64,000 nucleotides of DNA, from IMG/VR virus record IMGVR_UViG_3300020166_000010; one strand, written 5' to 3'. Shown in pieces: positions 56,089 to 64,000 of the stretch. The number at the start of each line of letters is the position of its first letter. The first letter of the stretch is position 1. Origin of the DNA: a virus. The notes beneath the pieces were generated by a model. That model did no database searches. It was not told the DNA's origin and was given only the letters and a program-made list of their open reading frames with translations. Both the position numbers and the translations under genes were made by a program.

Positions 56089-57934
56089 TATCTGTATATG
56101 TTATATTTACTGCTCCTTCTTCTTTTCCAAATCTGGATTTTGCGTTGATAGGCCAATATGGATTTTCTTCATATGCCCAGTCATGTTGTCCAAGTTCTTC
56201 AAATCTTTCTTTAATTTGTTCGTTATATCTTGCTGCGATTGTACGTGTTCTTCTTTGGATATCAGCCCTAGATAAATCATGAGTATTTCTATGACCTTGA
56301 TTACTATATAAAAATTGAATATAGCTTAACTTAGGTATCTTACACATGATAGTATTTAAGAATGTTCTAATAATTAATTCGTAATCATCAACAACTGTTA
56401 AACTTCTATTATGTCCTCCAATTTCGAAATATGTAGATCTTCTCCATGCTCTAATGTGATTAGGAACTCCAACAATATGTCTAATTGTTTTTGGATTAAT
56501 ATTTTGTTGATTTGCAGGACTTAACATTCTACCTTGATATTCTTCATCTCGATAGTTACCATATCCTAATGCAAACCCAGGACCATACTTTTGATTTTGC
56601 CATTGTTCATTTACTTCAGCAGTATCTCCATAGAAGAATCCACACTCTGGATGTTTTTGCGCAGCGTTATGTAAATCTTGTGCACATGTTACTGCAAGTA
56701 AATCATCGTGATCTAGTTCTGCAATAATATACCCTCTAGCCATTGCGTTCGCTCTCCACTTAACCTCTCCAATAACACCACCTGATTTTTCTCTAAAATC
56801 ATATAGCTTAACTCTAGGATCGTTTGCTGCAATTTGCTCTGCAATCTTAAGTGTTTTACCACCGTCAGTTGAATCGTTCATTAATACCCATTCCCAATTT
56901 TCATAAGTCTGAGCAGCTACTGAATTGTAAGTGTTTATCAGTTTTTCACCTGTGTTATATATTGGAGTTGTAAAAGATATCATGCTATGATCATCCATGT
57001 TCGTCGGATCTAACATTGCGTTTTCAGAAACATTATATGCAATATCTCCTACATTTTTTAAATCTTCATCATTATCTATATTGATCCATTTTCTTCTAAA
57101 TTGAAGAGGTAGTTTTGATAGATATTTAAAATCAGAAGAACTCTTTCCTCGAGTTACTATTGCATCTGGTTTAAAACTAGATATATTTTTTCTAATGTCA
57201 GTATCGTCCTTTACATATTGAACCTCTAAGTTATCATCCTCATAGTCGAGTATTTTAGTAGTTTTCATAACTGGTTCCCCAGGTCCTATATATAAGATCC
57301 TAGGTAATTTAGGTGTTGATACTTTTTCTAGTTCATTATAATATGAAAGAATTTCATTGATCCAAACAAATGTATCTGGGTGATTCTTATACACTTCCTC
57401 GATAAAGAATCCATCAGCTGCGTAATCTGCAGTGAAACCGTATTTTTCAAAAAGTTCAGATCTAAATAGTATTTGTGCTATGTCGGTTTTTCTAAAACCT
57501 GTAGATTCTGGAGTAGCTTCTCTGTATTTTAATCCAGTAAAATCTTTACCATCAACTGCCTGTCCAACCATTATGATTTTCTTTTCAGAATTTACAGGTA
57601 ACATTGCAAAATCTTCGACTCTTTGATAGAATTCCGGATGCATTATATTGTCGTCATCTAATAAATAAAACCAAGAATGTTCTAAGCTTCTTATTAAATC
57701 GGATGTTTCAGGGTACATCATCCCGCCAGATTGTCCTTTAATAAAATGTATTGTTGTATTTGGTTGGTCTAAAATAGATAACAGATTTGCGTCAATATCC
57801 TTTAGTGCGCCAGTGTCAAACATAATATGCCAATGTACCTCTACTCCTCTTGTTTTAGAAGTATCAAATACAGTTGGTTGTATTTTTAATAAATTAGATG
57901 TTCTCGTACATCTTGTGATTACGTTAATTTTCAT
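56081..57934 (-). CDS. two-domain GT2/GT-A glycosyltransferase
   Basis: N-terminal INVITRC...LDDDN; C-terminal ISFTTPIYN...MNDST...ELDHDD...DDYELIIR. Confidence 0.85.
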   Translation of the reverse strand: MKINVITRCTRTSNLLKIQPTVFDTSKTRGVEVHWHIMFDTGALKDIDANLLSILDQPNTTIHFIKGQSGGMMYPETSDLIRSLEHSWFYLLDDDNIMHPEFYQRVEDFAMLPVNSEKKIIMVGQAVDGKDFTGLKYREATPESTGFRKTDIAQILFRSELFEKYGFTADYAADGFFIEEVYKNHPDTFVWINEILSYYNELEKVSTPKLPRILYIGPGEPVMKTTKILDYEDDNLEVQYVKDDTDIRKNISSFKPDAIVTRGKSSSDFKYLSKLPLQFRRKWINIDNDEDLKNVGDIAYNVSENAMLDPTNMDDHSMISFTTPIYNTGEKLINTYNSVAAQTYENWEWVLMNDSTDGGKTLKIAEQIAANDPRVKLYDFREKSGGVIGEVKWRANAMARGYIIAELDHDDLLAVTCAQDLHNAAQKHPECGFFYGDTAEVNEQWQNQKYGPGFALGYGNYRDEEYQGRMLSPANQQNINPKTIRHIVGVPNHIRAWRRSTYFEIGGHNRSLTVVDDYELIIRTFLNTIMCKIPKLSYIQFLYSNQGHRNTHDLSRADIQRRTRTIAARYNEQIKERFEELGQHDWAYEENPYWPINAKSRFGKEEGAVNITYTDNE

Positions 57935-57945
57935 TTAATGTGGTT

Positions 57946-58878
57946 TTATTGTTCAATGTCAAAGAAGAACATGTGGAAAAATCTTGCATTATCAATTGCA
58001 TCTCCAAAGTATTCAGTCGCTGCGTGTAATTGTGATGAGTTAAATATTACTAGTCTATTATATACATTTCCAATATCATCAATCTTTTCAAATTGAGTTC
58101 CATCGTAGAAATTCATTTCTTTATTAGTACCTCTAAATGTGTCTACGTATTCGTCTCCCATTCTAGATTCTTGACCTGGGAATGATGAAATTCCTGTAAC
58201 TTTACTTCGATACATTGCGGTTCCTGTCTGTGGAGGAGCATCTGGCGTTAAGTAAACCATTGCAGCGTACATTTGACTATCTACATGATATACTATAGGT
58301 TGATCTGCCGTACAGAATTGAAATACGCCATTAGCATATCCACCATTATTCCAGTTTGTTATTTTTTTACCTAATACGGTTTCAAGTTTTTCTTTAGTTC
58401 CATCAATAATATATCTAGACTGAGATCTCTGTCCTTTGTGGTATTTAGAAGGTAAAAACTCTAAATTGTTCATAGCATATTCCCTGATTAAATCTGGATC
58501 TGCGTAAAAATTATCAACAACAATAACATCTTTATCTATTCTGTTAAACCCGGATGCAGAAGCTGCCCATTTAGCTAAAGAAATAAGCTCAACTGGTTCT
58601 GCGTCGTTTAAGCTAACCCATAATTTTTTATTAATATCAGCATGTAGGATCATTATATTAAATCCTGTTTTTTCTGGAATTACTCCTTTATAAAAAGAAG
58701 AAACATCTGATCTTTTTTCCCATGAAATATTCAAGGATTTTCCATCTAATAAAACATCAGTTACTATAGTATCTTTATTTATTGAACCTACCCATCCTCT
58801 TGCATACCAATATCCATCGGTGCCTTTAGTAATAGAATCAATGTTTAATTTTACATTGTTTAAATTAGTTTCGTGCAT
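57946..58878 (-). CDS. 2OG-Fe(II) oxygenase with N-terminal beta domain
   Basis: VVDNFYADPD, YHVD (HxD), AAMVYLTPDAP, YNRLVIF...LHAA...RFF. Confidence 0.8.
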   Translation of the reverse strand: MHETNLNNVKLNIDSITKGTDGYWYARGWVGSINKDTIVTDVLLDGKSLNISWEKRSDVSSFYKGVIPEKTGFNIMILHADINKKLWVSLNDAEPVELISLAKWAASASGFNRIDKDVIVVDNFYADPDLIREYAMNNLEFLPSKYHKGQRSQSRYIIDGTKEKLETVLGKKITNWNNGGYANGVFQFCTADQPIVYHVDSQMYAAMVYLTPDAPPQTGTAMYRSKVTGISSFPGQESRMGDEYVDTFRGTNKEMNFYDGTQFEKIDDIGNVYNRLVIFNSSQLHAATEYFGDAIDNARFFHMFFFDIEQ

Positions 58879-58896
58879 TGCTTTAAATTTTAATAA

Positions 58897-58929
58897 TTAT
58901 ACATTAAATGTTTGATTTGTTTATATATT
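58897..58929 (-). promoter_or_regulatory. tandem late (AATATATA, 58922-58929) and middle (AAAC-N16-GTATAAT, 58897-58922) promoter motifs
   Basis: Both motifs abut between the terminator and the oxygenase ATG. Confidence 0.6.
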
Positions 58930-58931
58930 AC

Positions 58932-58962
58932 AAAAAAAAAGGATCCCATTGGGATCCTTTTT
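58932..58962. terminator. bidirectional intrinsic terminator
   Basis: A9-GGATCCC-ATT-GGGATCC-T5. Confidence 0.85.
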
Positions 58963-58995
58963 AATAATAAGTATGTTAGGTTAATATGTAGATAC

Positions 58996-61470
58996 TTATA
59001 TTTGACCTTTAAGACCTCCGCCACCGCCTCCGGTTGCTGTTACTAATCCATTATAGAATGTAACATTGTGTCCCGTACCGAAGAAAATCGTTTCAGACAT
59101 GTAAGAAATAGTTCCGTTAGTTCCTTGATATCCTCTTGGTCCCTTTGGCCCTGTTGGCCCTAATGGTCCTGTTGGTCCTGTAAGTCCTTTATAACCTTGT
59201 GCTCCATCAGCTCCTTTAATTCCTGTAAATCCTTTAGCTCCTTGAGATCCGTTAGTACCTTTAAGACCGTGTGGTCCTCTTGGTCCATTGCTTCCAGTAA
59301 GTCCTTTATAACCCTGTGGTCCTTGTGGATTTGCTCCCTGTGGTCCTCTATATCCATTTCCTGTACTACTACCAGTAGCTCCTTGGAAACCTCTAACTGT
59401 TCCTGTAGGTCCTTTGTAACCTGTAAGTCCTTTGAAACCTGTATAACCTGTAATAGTAGATCCCGTAGTTCCTTTCAGACCCTGTGGTCCGGTATATCCT
59501 TGAACTCCTCTTGGTTCTGATCCTTCGTTACCCTGTGCTCCTTGAGGTCCAATAAATCCTTTAGCTCCTCCAGGTTGTGCTCCTTTATAACCTTGATCTC
59601 CTTTAGCTCCAGTTATACCCTGATATCCCTTAGGCATTGCTCCTTTAGAACCCTGTGATCCCTGTGCTCCTTGTGGTCCTCTATATCCAGTTGGAGAATC
59701 TCCAACTGGGCCGCCGTTACCATTTAACCCTTTATAACCTGTAAGTCCTTTATATGATGTTGGACGTGAACCTTGAACACCTTGTGGTCCTTTTGGTCCA
59801 GTGTTTCCGGTTGGCTGCGCTCCTTTATCTCCTTGAGCACCCTGTGCTCCTTGTGGTCCTCTTGATCCTCCAGGTTGTGCTCCTTTATTTCCTTGGAATC
59901 CTCTTGGCCCTGTTGGTCCAATAAATCCTTTTGGTTGAGCTCCTTTATATCCCTGAGGTCCTTGAGCTCCTTGAACTCCTCTATAACCAGTTGGATTTGC
60001 TCCTTGAAATCCTCTTTCTCCGTTTGCTCCTTTATAACCTGTTGCTCCTGTTGGTGAAGATCCTTGAACTCCTCTATAACCAGTATCTCCAATAAATCCA
60101 GTATACCCCTTTGGCATTGCTCCTTTTAATCCTTGGAAACCTCTTGGTCCTGTAGGTCCAGTTGGTGAAGTTGGTCTAGCTCCTTGGAAACCTCTTGGTC
60201 CCGTATTTCCAGTATCACCTGGAAGAGCGTTATACGCAGGGCCTGTTGGTCCTGTATATCCTGTTGGTCCGTTTGGTCCAATAAATCCTTTTGGACTTGC
60301 TCCGATATTACCCTGTGCTCCTTGGCTACCCTTAACTCCAGTATATCCTGTTGGATTTACTCCTGTATATCCTGTTGGTCCGTCTGATCCTTTATTTCCT
60401 TGGAAACCTCTGTTAGTACTTCCTTGAGTTCCTCTAATACCAGTTGCTCCTTGATAACCCTTTGGCCCGGTTGGTGAATTACCAACCATTCCTTGGAAAC
60501 CTCTTGGTCCAGTATCTCCTGTTTGTGCAGCCGGTGTACTTCCGGTATTTCCTTGGAAACCTCTTTCTCCAGTTGCTCCTTTAGATCCGACTGGATTTGA
60601 TCCCTGTGCTCCTTTGAAACCAGGATAACCTTCAGCTCCTTGAAAACCTTTTGGACTATTTCCAACGTCTCCTTGGAAACCTCTGTCTCCAGTTTGTCCT
60701 ACTTGTGCAGTTTGAGTTGAACCCTGAGCTCCTTTTAATCCAGTTGCTCCTTGTGAACCTTTATGTCCTTTTTGATTTGTACCTGCAGAACCTTGAAATC
60801 CTACATGTCCAACGAAACCAGTAGGTCCAACTGGGTTTAAACCCGTAGTACCTTGATCTCCTTGAAAACCTCTGAAACCTGTTGCTCCTGTTAATTGATC
60901 TCCCTGAAATCCTCTTGGTCCATCAGGTCCAATATCACCAACGTAAGCTGTAATTACATTACCCTGTGTTCCAGTTGATCCTTGATCTCCTTTTAATCCT
61001 TTAAGACCGTTAGTTACTTTACCTGGATCTCCAACTGTTCCTTGATTTCCTCTAAAACCTTCTGGTCCTTCTGGTGAATCTCCGACTATTCCTTGGAATC
61101 CTCTAAAACCTTGATCAGCAGTACCTTTATTTCCTTGAAAACCTCTATCTCCTTGAAAACCTATATTACCTTCGTAACCTTGATGTCCCTTTGGGCTGTC
61201 TCCTTGAAAACCTCTAAAACCAGTATCTCCACCCGGCTCTAACCCTGCAGAACCTTGAACTCCTTTATCTCCTTGAAACCCTCTATCTCCTTGAGAACCT
61301 TGAGAACCTTCAATACCTTGAAAACCTTGATCTCCTTGAAAACCTTTAGCTCCAACAGAACCTTGGTTTCCCTGGTCTCCCTTTAATTCAGGATAGTTGT
61401 TAGCATCAAAGTTACCAGCATGTAGGGGAGTTTCTCCCCCTACAAGTGATCCTGTATTTAATTTTGCCAT
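58996..61470 (-). CDS. collagen-like fibre protein with periodic interruptions
   Basis: ~760 aa of GXY broken regularly by GxxPxG; short non-collagen ends. Confidence 0.9.
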   Translation of the reverse strand: MAKLNTGSLVGGETPLHAGNFDANNYPELKGDQGNQGSVGAKGFQGDQGFQGIEGSQGSQGDRGFQGDKGVQGSAGLEPGGDTGFRGFQGDSPKGHQGYEGNIGFQGDRGFQGNKGTADQGFRGFQGIVGDSPEGPEGFRGNQGTVGDPGKVTNGLKGLKGDQGSTGTQGNVITAYVGDIGPDGPRGFQGDQLTGATGFRGFQGDQGTTGLNPVGPTGFVGHVGFQGSAGTNQKGHKGSQGATGLKGAQGSTQTAQVGQTGDRGFQGDVGNSPKGFQGAEGYPGFKGAQGSNPVGSKGATGERGFQGNTGSTPAAQTGDTGPRGFQGMVGNSPTGPKGYQGATGIRGTQGSTNRGFQGNKGSDGPTGYTGVNPTGYTGVKGSQGAQGNIGASPKGFIGPNGPTGYTGPTGPAYNALPGDTGNTGPRGFQGARPTSPTGPTGPRGFQGLKGAMPKGYTGFIGDTGYRGVQGSSPTGATGYKGANGERGFQGANPTGYRGVQGAQGPQGYKGAQPKGFIGPTGPRGFQGNKGAQPGGSRGPQGAQGAQGDKGAQPTGNTGPKGPQGVQGSRPTSYKGLTGYKGLNGNGGPVGDSPTGYRGPQGAQGSQGSKGAMPKGYQGITGAKGDQGYKGAQPGGAKGFIGPQGAQGNEGSEPRGVQGYTGPQGLKGTTGSTITGYTGFKGLTGYKGPTGTVRGFQGATGSSTGNGYRGPQGANPQGPQGYKGLTGSNGPRGPHGLKGTNGSQGAKGFTGIKGADGAQGYKGLTGPTGPLGPTGPKGPRGYQGTNGTISYMSETIFFGTGHNVTFYNGLVTATGGGGGGLKGQI

Positions 61471-61508
61471 GTTATTTTTATTCTTTTTTTATATAATTAA
61501 CTTATTGA

Positions 61509-63998
61509 TTATTGTATAAATCCGTCTGATACAATAAAGGCTGTTCCGTTATCATCCACGAAAGATCCGTTGAAACCATTACCAAGGGGTCCTGATCCGG
61601 CATAACCTTTTGGTCCTGCGAGACCTTGTGGTCCAAATCCAGTAGGTCCATTATTTCCTTGAGGTCCTCTTGGTCCAATAAATCCAGTTCCACCACCAGA
61701 TCCTTGAGGTCCTCTTGGTCCTGCATCACCAGCAGATCCTTGGAAACCTCTTAGAATTCCTCCAGTGTTTCCTTGGAATCCTCTTGCTCCTTGAGCTCCT
61801 ACTGCTTGGTTGTAACCAGTAGCTCCTTGTACACCTTGTACACCTTGAGCCCCTACAGCTCCTTGTGGTCCATTATTACCCTGTGGTCCTCTTGAACCTG
61901 TCGGTCCGACTGAACCGGTTGCTCCTTGTGGTCCCTTATTTCCTTGTGATCCTTGTGGACCGGTTGGTCCTTTATATCCTCCAAGTCCAGTTCCTCCAGT
62001 AACTCCTTGATTACCTCTTGGTCCTATATTACCTTGTGCTCCTTGAGCTCCTTGGAATCCTGATATCCCTCTGTCTCCAGTTGCTCCTTGAGGTCCTCTG
62101 TCTCCTACTGCTGAAGTAGTTCCGGTAAGTCCTTTGAAACCAATAAATCCTTTATAACCTTTTGGTCCAGTTGCACCCTGTGCTCCTGTTGCTCCTTGAG
62201 AACCTTGATTTCCTTTAGCTCCAGTATTTCCCTGTGATCCTGTTAATCCAGTTGCTCCTTTAAAACCAGTATAACCTTTTGCACCCTGTGCTCCTTGATT
62301 TCCTTGTGATCCGTTAGCTCCTGTTTTACCGATAAATCCAGTATAACCTGTTGCTCCGGTAGATCCTTGAGAACCTGTAACTCCAGTATAACCTGTTGCT
62401 CCGGTTGGTCCTTGATTTCCAACGGCTCCAGTTCCTCCAGTTGCTCCTTTAGCTCCAACAAGTCCAGTATATCCTTTAGCTCCAGTTGCACCTTGTGCTC
62501 CAGTAAAACCAGTAGGTCCTGTTGAACCTTTAGCTCCTTGTGCTCCTTGTGCTCCTTTTACATTAGTAAATCCTTGAGGTCCAGTTGGTCCTTGAGAACC
62601 TGTGTTACCTACTGCAGCTGTTGTTCCTGTTAATCCTTTATAACCTGTAGCTCCTTTTGCTCCTTGAGCTCCTTGAGTTCCTGTTAATCCTTTATAACCT
62701 GTAGCTCCTTTTGCTCCTTGTGCTCCTTGTGCTCCTTTAGGTTGTTGAGATCCTTGAGGTCCTTGTGCTCCTTTTGCTCCTTGAGAACCTTTAGTACCAG
62801 TTGCTCCTTTTAGTCCAGTTGCTCCTTGGAATCCTCTTTCACCACCTTGACCTTGGCTTCCGATAGCTCCCTGTGGTCCAGTTGATCCTTTTGCTCCTTG
62901 ATTTCCTTTTATTCCTTCAAATCCTGTTGAACCAACAACTCCTGTATAACCAATAGATCCTTGAAAACCTTGAAAACCAGTAGATCCTTTAGCACCCTGT
63001 ACTCCAGTAGCTCCTTGGAATCCCTTTGGTCCAGTAGACCCTTGTGGTCCTCTTCCACCAGCTCCTCCAGTTAATCCTTGGAAACCAGTTGCTCCACCGT
63101 TTCCTTGAGAACCTTGATTTCCTTTAGCTCCAGTATCTCCTTTAAGACCGTTAATTCCTGTAATACCGTTATATCCTGTAGAACCCTTAGCTCCTGTTAC
63201 TCCTTGAAAACCTTTAGCTCCAGTAGATCCCTGTGCTCCTTGTGATCCAGTAAATCCTTTATCTCCTTTAAGACCTTGAAATCCTCTTTCACCAGGATCT
63301 CCAGGTAAAGAATCTGAAGCAGTTGCTCCTTTAAATCCTTTAGCTCCTGTCGAGCCTTTAGCGCCCTGAGCTCCTTTAACTCCGTTAGTTCCAGGTAATC
63401 CTTCAAAACCAGTAGATCCTTTAGATCCCTGTGCTCCATCAACTCCGGTAAATCCTTTTAAACCAGTAGAACCCTGAGGCCCTCTAATTCCTTTAACTGA
63501 TGTTGCTCCTTTTGCTCCTTGAAATCCTCTTTCTCCAGTATCTCCTTGTGTTCCTTGGAAGCCTTTAATACCAACAGAACCTTGTGCTCCCTGGAAACCT
63601 CTTTCTCCATTAGTTCCTTTTATTCCCTGTGCTCCAGTAGAACCTTGAAATCCTTGAAGTCCAGTAGAACCTTGATCACCAACTTGTCCTTGATATCCAT
63701 TAGAACCTTTAGGACCTAATATACCTGTTATTCCTTTTTCTCCTCTAATTCCAGTCGCTCCGGTAAAACCTTGAAGACCTGTTGATCCTTGGTTACCTTT
63801 ATTACCGGCAGATCCTTGATCACCTTGACTACCTTGATAACCATTGGTTCCAACGAAACCTTGATTACCAGTAGTACCTTGATGGCCGACGTCACCGTCA
63901 GATCCAACGGATCCTTGAGATCCCTGAGATCCCAATTCACCGTTTGGTCCAATAAACTGAGGAAAATTCGTGCTATTAAGGTTACCAGTGTGTAGTAC
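61509..63998 (-). CDS. collagen-like fibre protein, 5' end outside the window
   Basis: ~790 aa nearly continuous GXY; frame stays open upstream of 63935 (VLHTGNLNSTNFPQFIG), matching LHAGNFDANNYPELKG of the paralog. Confidence 0.9.
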   Translation of the reverse strand, partial: VLHTGNLNSTNFPQFIGPNGELGSQGSQGSVGSDGDVGHQGTTGNQGFVGTNGYQGSQGDQGSAGNKGNQGSTGLQGFTGATGIRGEKGITGILGPKGSNGYQGQVGDQGSTGLQGFQGSTGAQGIKGTNGERGFQGAQGSVGIKGFQGTQGDTGERGFQGAKGATSVKGIRGPQGSTGLKGFTGVDGAQGSKGSTGFEGLPGTNGVKGAQGAKGSTGAKGFKGATASDSLPGDPGERGFQGLKGDKGFTGSQGAQGSTGAKGFQGVTGAKGSTGYNGITGINGLKGDTGAKGNQGSQGNGGATGFQGLTGGAGGRGPQGSTGPKGFQGATGVQGAKGSTGFQGFQGSIGYTGVVGSTGFEGIKGNQGAKGSTGPQGAIGSQGQGGERGFQGATGLKGATGTKGSQGAKGAQGPQGSQQPKGAQGAQGAKGATGYKGLTGTQGAQGAKGATGYKGLTGTTAAVGNTGSQGPTGPQGFTNVKGAQGAQGAKGSTGPTGFTGAQGATGAKGYTGLVGAKGATGGTGAVGNQGPTGATGYTGVTGSQGSTGATGYTGFIGKTGANGSQGNQGAQGAKGYTGFKGATGLTGSQGNTGAKGNQGSQGATGAQGATGPKGYKGFIGFKGLTGTTSAVGDRGPQGATGDRGISGFQGAQGAQGNIGPRGNQGVTGGTGLGGYKGPTGPQGSQGNKGPQGATGSVGPTGSRGPQGNNGPQGAVGAQGVQGVQGATGYNQAVGAQGARGFQGNTGGILRGFQGSAGDAGPRGPQGSGGGTGFIGPRGPQGNNGPTGFGPQGLAGPKGYAGSGPLGNGFNGSFVDDNGTAFIVSDGFIQ

Positions 63999-64000
63999 AA

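Noticed and set aside
270-57626. Numerous short plus-strand ORFs
   Set aside because: All or nearly all lie antisense to well-supported minus-strand genes and have no recognisable motifs
55498-58878. TET/JBP-type DNA hypermodification call for the oxygenase-GT operon
   Set aside because: Motifs fit prolyl-hydroxylase-like clades rather than TET/JBP and no methyltransferase is adjacent; kept only as an alternative
58996-63935. Highly repetitive DNA as a possible CRISPR array or satellite
   Set aside because: Repeats are 9 nt codon-phased GXY units, with no constant repeat and unique spacer structure
59160-64000. Alternative-frame and antisense ORFs within the collagen genes, including 63728..64000
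   Set aside because: Shadow frames of biased GXY codons; the collagen frame itself stays open to the window edge
1-64000. Stop-codon recoding, introns/inteins, tRNAs, IS elements
   Set aside because: Genes are full length under code 11, with TAA, TAG and TGA all used as stops; intergenic gaps are short and show no such structures by eye

Overview
A 64 kb, AT-rich, almost entirely minus-strand segment of a large T4-like (myovirus, probably jumbo) phage. The host is most likely a Bacteroidota/Flavobacteriia member, judged from the bS21 and bS1 sequence types and the promoter style. In transcription order (right to left) it carries: two long collagen-like fibre genes; a 2OG-Fe(II) oxygenase / double GT2 glycosyltransferase / 2OG-Fe(II) oxygenase operon; an accessory block (3'-5' exonuclease, DnaJ, ribosomal protein bS21, three UVR-like 'EEYEKC' paralogs, PhoH, RNase HII, UvsE); a cluster of proteins sharing a T4-like capsid-targeting N-terminus, including an ATP-grasp ligase; dCMP deaminase; baseplate/tail genes interrupted by a four-domain bS1-like gene and an amidoligase; large structural and fibre genes; and the RuvC-like, gp32, primase, UvsY and UvsW replication/recombination genes. 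The intergenic DNA shows three recurring promoter-like motifs: an early/host-type ~49 bp repeat, AAAC-N16-RTATAA, and DATATATA. It also shows Fur/PerR-like palindromes, predicted leaderless late mRNAs and a repeat-rich gp32 leader. The best candidate new systems are (i) capsid-packaged cargo plus a 30S-remodelling kit (bS1, bS21, RimK-like ATP-grasp) and (ii) a collagen hydroxylation/glycosylation locus. No tRNA, rRNA, CRISPR array, intron or IS element was seen. All family calls come from motif recognition by eye, not from database searches.
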